From: Deltaproteobacteria bacterium RIFCSPLOWO2_02_FULL_50_16
GTDB lineage: Bacteria > UBA10199 > 2-02-FULL-50-16
Direction: 5' to 3'
Length of the DNA stretch: 42,388 nt
NCBI GenBank assembly: GCA_001798715.1
Contig: MGSF01000076.1
Coordinates: forward strand, 1-42,388
This document shows positions 36,621 through 42,388 of the stretch, piece after piece (the stretch's first letter is position 1; each line of letters opens with the position of its first letter). The notes under the pieces are model-generated. The model saw only the letters and a list, made by a program, of their open reading frames with translations, did no database searches and was not told where the DNA came from. The position numbers and the translations under genes are program-made.

Positions 36621-39041
36621 GTGAGTCGTCTTGCTAATATCATCACCCAACTCATCCCCTGGATCCTTCGACACAATCGCCTCGTCCTTTTCTTAGGAAT
36701 ACTTCTCACCCTTATCAGTTTTTATTACACCTCCAAACTTCAAGTTCACAGCAATTTTGACGAACTCCTCCCTGACACCCTTCCGGCCGTTCAAGAATAT
36801 CACCGCCTTGAAAATACCGTCGGAAGCACAAATTTTATTGTCGTCACAGTCGAGAGTTCTTCGGTTGAAAACGTCCAAAAATTTTTCAAGGGTCTGGAAC
36901 TGACCCTCCAAGACAACCCCTCCATCCGCTACGTTGACTATCGTCCTCCTTCAAACTTTTTTCAGAAAAACACCCTTCTCTATATCCCCCTTCCCGAGCT
37001 TAAAGAAATGACAGGAAAAATGAGAAGGATCATCCACCAACGAACACTCAAAAAATCCGGTCTCCTCATGGACTTCACGGACGAACCCAAGGAAGAAATC
37101 AATCTCGATGAGTACGAAAAAAAATATTCCCACCTTTTAAAAAAAGATCGATTTTATCAAAATGAAGAAGGAAACTTTTTTGTCTTCCTGATCAAGCCTA
37201 AAAAATCGGCCTCACAAACCGATTTTACCAAAAACATCGTTCGTCAAGTCAACGATGCCATCACTCAACTCCACCCAGAACATTACCAGCCCCCCCTTAA
37301 GGTCCAATTGACGGGTCCCTACATGAGGACCCTCTACGAGAATCAAATCTTGACCCAAGACGCCTCAAGGATTGTCCTAACAGCCTTGGTCGGCATCATC
37401 TTATTCCTCACCCTCTATTTCCGTCGCAAAAGGACTGTGTTTTTGATCAGCCTTCCCCTCATCATGAGTGTCACCTGGTCCATGGGATTGGCTTATGTCC
37501 TCTTCAAATACTTAAACCTCTTCACGTCATTCGGCTGCGCCATCCTTCTGGGACTGGGCGTCGATCCCTGTATCCATCTCTTCCATACTTATATGCAATA
37601 CCGGAAATCCGGCCTCAACACGGCAGACGCCCTCATCTCCTCTTACGCAAGACTGACTCGTTCCATGATGATGGCCACAATCACCACCTCCTTTGCCTTT
37701 TTTGCCCTCACCATCAGTGGATTTAAGGCCATATTTCAATTTGGGGTCATCTCAGGAACGGGGATTATTTTTTGTTTCATGAGCATGATTTTTCTTTTTC
37801 CTGCCTTTGTCGTTGAATTTGAGAAGATTAAACCCCTTGAACCTCGACCCGAAGGACGGATCCTTAAAAAAATCCTTCCAACGGTCCAGTCCCTTATTCT
37901 TTCAAGGCCGACTTTTATCCTTTCCAGCCTCCTCATTGTCCTCATGATCACCCCCTTGTTTCTCAAAGGGCCAAGTTTTGACTATAACTTTAGCCACATC
38001 ATGGCCCCTCTCAACACAAAGGCCCTCGACAAAAAGGTCGACAGTGTCTTCTCAATGACGGTCAACCCCCAAGCCGCTCGGACAGAGAGCGCCGAAGAGG
38101 CCCAGAGGCTCGCCAAGGCCATTCGAAAGGTCCAAAGTGAGAATAACAAGACAAGCCCCGAAGGAAGTACGATCTTAACCACTTTATCCCTCCTCGACTT
38201 TGTCCCGCCCGATCAACCCAAGAAGATCGCACTGATCGAGGAAACCAACAGACTCTTTACTCCTGCCGTGATAAAAAACATGTCCCCCAAAGAAAAAAGG
38301 TGGTTTACAACCTTTCAGGTCGCCTCCCATCCTCAGTCTTTCACCATGAACGAGCTCCCCGAATCGATCCTCAACAAGTTTCGCGACCTGAAGGGGGAGA
38401 TAGGACGATTTTTATACATCTTTCCCAATATCGACATGAATTCAAAAAAATTCCTCGATCTCGTGAGGGAACTGCGTTCCATTCAATGCAAGGACTGCCA
38501 ATATCCATTTTATTTCTCCGGGGATTCGGTTATTTTCTACGAAATTTTACAAACCCTGATCCACCAAGGCCCCCTTGTCACACTCGCCTCTCTCCTTTTC
38601 GTCCTTCTTATCTTCTCAATCCTCTTTCGCAAAATAAAATCCATTCTCCTCGTCTTCTCCCCTCTCCTCCTGGCCCTCCTTTCCCTCTTAGGAATCATGT
38701 CCTTTTTTAACATCCAGTTCAGCATCGCCAATCTCGTCACCATCCCCGTTCTCATCGGATCCGGAGACGACTACTCCATCTATCTTTTTCAGCAGTATCG
38801 CGAGGCCAACGGTGATATCCGACGCTCCTATCCCCATTCGGCCCCCGGCATCTTCGCCTCTGCCATCACGACCCTTATCGGGTTTTTGTCGCTCCTCGTG
38901 GCCCAAAATAATGGGGTTTTTTCCGCCGGATTTCTGACCTCCCTTGGCATCACCTTGTGTCTCTCTACAACCCTTGTCTGGTTTGCCTCCCTTTTGGGCC
39001 TGAAACGCCCACGCCCACCCTCCCAAGACCTCAACAGATAA
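36621..39041 (+). CDS. MMPL/RND family transporter
   Basis: Two repeats of one TM, a periplasmic loop and a TM cluster; GLGVD and IGSGDDY motifs. Confidence 0.88.
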   Translation: MSRLANIITQLIPWILRHNRLVLFLGILLTLISFYYTSKLQVHSNFDELLPDTLPAVQEYHRLENTVGSTNFIVVTVESSSVENVQKFFKGLELTLQDNPSIRYVDYRPPSNFFQKNTLLYIPLPELKEMTGKMRRIIHQRTLKKSGLLMDFTDEPKEEINLDEYEKKYSHLLKKDRFYQNEEGNFFVFLIKPKKSASQTDFTKNIVRQVNDAITQLHPEHYQPPLKVQLTGPYMRTLYENQILTQDASRIVLTALVGIILFLTLYFRRKRTVFLISLPLIMSVTWSMGLAYVLFKYLNLFTSFGCAILLGLGVDPCIHLFHTYMQYRKSGLNTADALISSYARLTRSMMMATITTSFAFFALTISGFKAIFQFGVISGTGIIFCFMSMIFLFPAFVVEFEKIKPLEPRPEGRILKKILPTVQSLILSRPTFILSSLLIVLMITPLFLKGPSFDYNFSHIMAPLNTKALDKKVDSVFSMTVNPQAARTESAEEAQRLAKAIRKVQSENNKTSPEGSTILTTLSLLDFVPPDQPKKIALIEETNRLFTPAVIKNMSPKEKRWFTTFQVASHPQSFTMNELPESILNKFRDLKGEIGRFLYIFPNIDMNSKKFLDLVRELRSIQCKDCQYPFYFSGDSVIFYEILQTLIHQGPLVTLASLLFVLLIFSILFRKIKSILLVFSPLLLALLSLLGIMSFFNIQFSIANLVTIPVLIGSGDDYSIYLFQQYREANGDIRRSYPHSAPGIFASAITTLIGFLSLLVAQNNGVFSAGFLTSLGITLCLSTTLVWFASLLGLKRPRPPSQDLNR

Positions 39042-39134
39042 CCAATGACCTGTATTGACCTTATAGATATTTTTACTATATAGTCAGTTTTGCCTATAGG
39101 GAGTGGTGGAAAATAACATTTCCTTCAAAAGGGG

Positions 39135-39926
39135 ATGCCTATGAGTTGGGGACTTCAAAATCGACTGAATAGAATTATTCGACCCGATACAAAGCGGACC
39201 GTCATGCTGGCCATCGATCATGGGTATTTTTTGGGACCCACGAGCGGTCTTGAAGAGCCCGAAAAGACCATTGTCCCCCTCCTTCCCCATGCCGATGCCC
39301 TGATGCTCACTCGGGGAATTCTCCGCCAATGCATTCCTCCCACGAGCAACACCCCCATCGTCTTACGTGTCTCAGGGGGTTCCAGTATCCTCGGGAAGCT
39401 GGACAACGAGGGGATTACGACCTCCATCCAAGAGGCCATTCGTCTCAATGTCTCGGCGGTGACCCTCTCAATCTTTGTCGGGGCAGAACACGAAAAACAG
39501 ACGCTCATGAATCTCAGTCAATTGGTCAATGAGGCGGAGGCCTACGACACCCCCGTCCTGGCTGTTACTGCTGTGGGAAAGGATATGGGGCGAGACGCCC
39601 GCTATTTGGGCCTTTGTTGCCGGATCGCTGCCGAGCTCGGGGCCCATTTTGTCAAAACCTATTACTGCGAGGATTTCGAACAGGTTGTCACGGGATGCCC
39701 CGTTCCCATTGTCGTCGCTGGAGGCAAAAAGACACCAGAAAAAGAGGCCCTAGAGCTGGCCCATAATGCCATTCAACAGGGAGCGGTTGGTGTAGACATG
39801 GGAAGAAATATCTTTCAGTCTGAGGCCCCTCACGCCATGATTCAAGCCGTTCGCAAAATCGTCCACAAAAACGCCTCCGTCAACGAGGCCTATGACCTCT
39901 TCCAAACCCTGAAGAATCAAAAGTGA
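39135..39926 (+). CDS. lsrF: LsrF-like class I aldolase/thiolase
   Basis: Motifs WGLQNRL, MLAIDHGYFLGPT, RIAAELGA, VKTYY, AGGKK, DMGRNIFQ. Confidence 0.88.
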   Translation: MPMSWGLQNRLNRIIRPDTKRTVMLAIDHGYFLGPTSGLEEPEKTIVPLLPHADALMLTRGILRQCIPPTSNTPIVLRVSGGSSILGKLDNEGITTSIQEAIRLNVSAVTLSIFVGAEHEKQTLMNLSQLVNEAEAYDTPVLAVTAVGKDMGRDARYLGLCCRIAAELGAHFVKTYYCEDFEQVVTGCPVPIVVAGGKKTPEKEALELAHNAIQQGAVGVDMGRNIFQSEAPHAMIQAVRKIVHKNASVNEAYDLFQTLKNQK

Positions 39927-39977
39927 ACCGTCTTTATTTTTGCTACTTCCATTACTACCTTAATCAGTTAATAGAAG

Positions 39978-41132
39978 TTAGCGAAGGGCAATAAGAGTGG
40001 AGGCGATAGATAAACTGAAAGTGGCCAATCCCATCGTAAACTGCAACCAACCCAAGGGTTCCATTCTTTTTTCTTTAATAATAACAGTATCCCCCGGATT
40101 GATTTTTTCTTGAGAATCCGCGTTAATTCTGCGGGTATCTCCTGCTTGACTAAGGATATATATTTTCCCTCTCTTGGCCAAGCGGCTAAATCCGCCTGTT
40201 GTCGCAATATATTGCCTGATTGTATAGGAGGGCACATAAGGTGTGGGGCCTGGAGATGAAACCCCCCCAATCACGTAGACCTGATCATCATAGGCGGGAA
40301 GAAACAACTCATCTCCAGGAATATTACTGAGCGTATAATCAAATTTGACACCCTCTACTAATTTTTGAGGTACATAATAAACATCAGCCGCTTTTATTTT
40401 AAACGCCTTTAAGGCAGGATCATTGTTGTCCACATCCAACACCTTTTTATCTCCATTGTCATAACGAATGACTTTAATAGGTTCACTCATCAGCACACCC
40501 TTGGTGTACCCCCCCGCCAGCTTAATAATCTCATACAAACTGGCCTCACGGGTAATTTCATATTGTCTGGGACGTTGAACAGCACCAACAATTTGCACCA
40601 ATCCTTTATTCAGCGGAACAAAAACAACATCATTATCCATTAAGTACGGATTATCTTCTAAGTTGCCAAAATATTGAAAGCGATAGAGATCATAAGTCTT
40701 AGTTTGTGATCCAAAGCGTCTCACTTCGACTCGCCTCTCAGATCCTCGCTCTAAAATCCATCCCGCCATTTGAATGGCCTCGGCCAACCGCGTGGAGGCC
40801 CCGATATGATAGGTCCCCGGACTAATCACCTCACCCAACACATGAATCTGATAAACAATCCCTTGTCCCAACGAACTACCTGGAGCCGTTGTTGAATTTG
40901 AACCTTGGATCCCACTTCTACTATTATCCCTAAAACTACCAGATCTAGTACCGCGTCGAGCCCCCATCCCCCCCAGCACCCTCTCTCCAGGGATGCTACC
41001 CACAAAATTTTGACTATTTAAGAGCAAATTATTCACCTGCTCTAACTCACTCTGAGCCATTACGACAAAAGGTTCAAAAGCAATGGTAATAACTATAAGA
41101 AATATTTGAATTTTTTTTAATACCGATCTCAT
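39978..41132 (-). CDS. SLBB-domain polysaccharide export protein (Wza/KpsD-like)
   Basis: Signal peptide; three SLBB repeats (VLGEVISPGTY, IVGAVQRPRQY, VIGGVSSPG); C-terminal amphipathic helix. Confidence 0.85.
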   Translation of the reverse strand: MRSVLKKIQIFLIVITIAFEPFVVMAQSELEQVNNLLLNSQNFVGSIPGERVLGGMGARRGTRSGSFRDNSRSGIQGSNSTTAPGSSLGQGIVYQIHVLGEVISPGTYHIGASTRLAEAIQMAGWILERGSERRVEVRRFGSQTKTYDLYRFQYFGNLEDNPYLMDNDVVFVPLNKGLVQIVGAVQRPRQYEITREASLYEIIKLAGGYTKGVLMSEPIKVIRYDNGDKKVLDVDNNDPALKAFKIKAADVYYVPQKLVEGVKFDYTLSNIPGDELFLPAYDDQVYVIGGVSSPGPTPYVPSYTIRQYIATTGGFSRLAKRGKIYILSQAGDTRRINADSQEKINPGDTVIIKEKRMEPLGWLQFTMGLATFSLSIASTLIALR

Positions 41133-41272
41133 TCACAGTTTCCTTAGAAAGAAGCGCTTGCGTATACGAAATTTCATAAATCTTGTCAATTTATTGCTTG
41201 ACCTCCTATTCATTCTCATATAAACGTTCGAAAAATGAACAATTAATAACCAAAAAGAATCCTCCTAACTAG

Positions 41273-41293
41273 TTATTATTATTATTATTATTA
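41273..41293 (+). repeat. (TTA)7 microsatellite just upstream of the regulator start codon
   Basis: TTATTATTATTATTATTATTA ends 7 nt before ATG 41301. Confidence 0.85.
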
Positions 41294-41300
41294 CTTCTCA

Positions 41301-41876
41301 ATGTTGAAATCTAAAGAACAAATAGTAAATTCCACTGGGCTTAACCCGCACGAGCTTGATTGCCTCAGTCATATCTCTACCTATTCTGGAAGCCTTTCAC
41401 AAAGAGACCTTTCCAGAAAAACAGGTCTCTCCTTAGGACTGATCAATGCCATCCTCAAAAAGCTTATCAATACAGGCTATATCAAGGTTTCCCATCTAAA
41501 CAAAAAGAAACTAAAATACATACTTACCCCAAAAGGGCTGTCCGAACTTGCTTTAAAATCCTACCACTATATCCTAAAAACAGTGAATAATTACAACCTC
41601 ATACAATCACGCATGAAAGAAACCCTTCAACAACTTGTCAACAAGGGACACTCCGTCCTCTTTTACAATGGAAACGGAGAACTCCTCGATTTGCTAAATG
41701 ACATTATTCAAAGCGAATTTAGCACAACCTTGCTGCAACTAAAGGATTTCAGCGATCGCACTTCTATTTTAGCCCGAGATGATGCCGTCGTCATCAATCT
41801 GACTAGCGAACCAATAAATTCAGAAAAGATTCAAGTAATTAATTTATATAGTGAAATAAATTCGTTAAACCAATGA
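41301..41876 (+). CDS. MarR-type winged-helix regulator of the EPS-locus-associated kind
   Basis: Motifs SQRDLSRKTGLSLGLINAILKKL, YILTPKG. Confidence 0.88.
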   Translation: MLKSKEQIVNSTGLNPHELDCLSHISTYSGSLSQRDLSRKTGLSLGLINAILKKLINTGYIKVSHLNKKKLKYILTPKGLSELALKSYHYILKTVNNYNLIQSRMKETLQQLVNKGHSVLFYNGNGELLDLLNDIIQSEFSTTLLQLKDFSDRTSILARDDAVVINLTSEPINSEKIQVINLYSEINSLNQ

Positions 41877-42388
41877 ATAAAACCCATCAAAATAATGAAT
41901 GGTACGTCATTCAGACAAAGCCTAACAAAGAGGATTGGGTTGAAAAACAACTCCTACAATCCAACTTTGAAATTTTCTTGCCAAAAATTAAAACTTTTTG
42001 TCCAGTTTTTGGCCGAAAGAAAAGTAGTGAAACAGTTTATATCAAACCGTTTTTCCCCTCGTATATTTTTACCCGAGCAAATCTAAAGGATCCTAGGATC
42101 TTCCGTTTTATTAAATTTACACGGGGGGTAAGCAAGATTTTGAGCTCATCTTCTGGACCTGCCTCACTTCCTGATCAAGCTATCGATATTATCAAGACCA
42201 ATATCAATCAGCACGGAGTACTAGAATACAAGACACTAAAAATTGGAGCTAATGTTCGTATAAAAAAAGGGCTATTAAAAGATCTTATTGGGATTCTAGA
42301 AAAACCTGTTGATGCCATGGGCAGAGTCAAGGTTCTTCTTAAAATGATGAGCAATGATTTCAGGGCGTTACTGCATTGCTCTGAGATT
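41873..42388 (+). CDS. RfaH/NusG-paralog transcription antiterminator (3'-truncated by window edge; absent from the ORF track)
   Basis: Hand translation from the ATGA overlap gives MNKTHQNNEWYVIQTKPNKE...KPFFPSYIF...FTRGVSKIL...GANVRIKKGLLKDLIGI...RVKVLL, i.e. NGN plus KOW domains. Confidence 0.9.
   Translation, partial: MNKTHQNNEWYVIQTKPNKEDWVEKQLLQSNFEIFLPKIKTFCPVFGRKKSSETVYIKPFFPSYIFTRANLKDPRIFRFIKFTRGVSKILSSSSGPASLPDQAIDIIKTNINQHGVLEYKTLKIGANVRIKKGLLKDLIGILEKPVDAMGRVKVLLKMMSNDFRALLHCSEI

Noticed and set aside
41895-42086. 63-aa ORF in the track
   Set aside because: It is an out-of-frame shadow of the RfaH-like gene starting at 41873.

Overview
Bacterial chromosomal window. Gene content (MXAN_5808-like S41 protease, matrixin-type proteases with Gly-Cys C-terminal tails, sigma54 promoters, type IV pilin) suggests a deltaproteobacterial-type lineage; this is inference. 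Most of it is housekeeping: the thrU-tyrU-glyT-thrT tRNA operon ahead of a probable tuf start, then rlmB, ispG, pyrF, proS, ribF, aroE, uvrD/pcrA, glmS, glmU, ssb, DAHP synthase, trxB and comM. It also has a tandem pair of [small secreted protein + matrixin metalloprotease] modules, an inositol-lipid-like region (ino1, Aur1/IPC-synthase-like PAP2, MMPL transporter), and the AT-rich start of a polysaccharide locus (SLBB export protein, MarR-type regulator, RfaH-like antiterminator missed by the ORF track). The most striking feature is in 1-1900. The spacers of the tRNA operon are about 240-490 nt long and largely tiled by hairpins that often overlap by 1-3 nt, abut the tRNA ends, covary in sequence and are nested inside each other. 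Empty and filled versions of the same hairpin both occur. None of the four tRNA genes encodes CCA. This looks like the footprint of a structure-targeted family of short mobile palindromes. All calls were made by eye from motifs; no database search or folding program was run.
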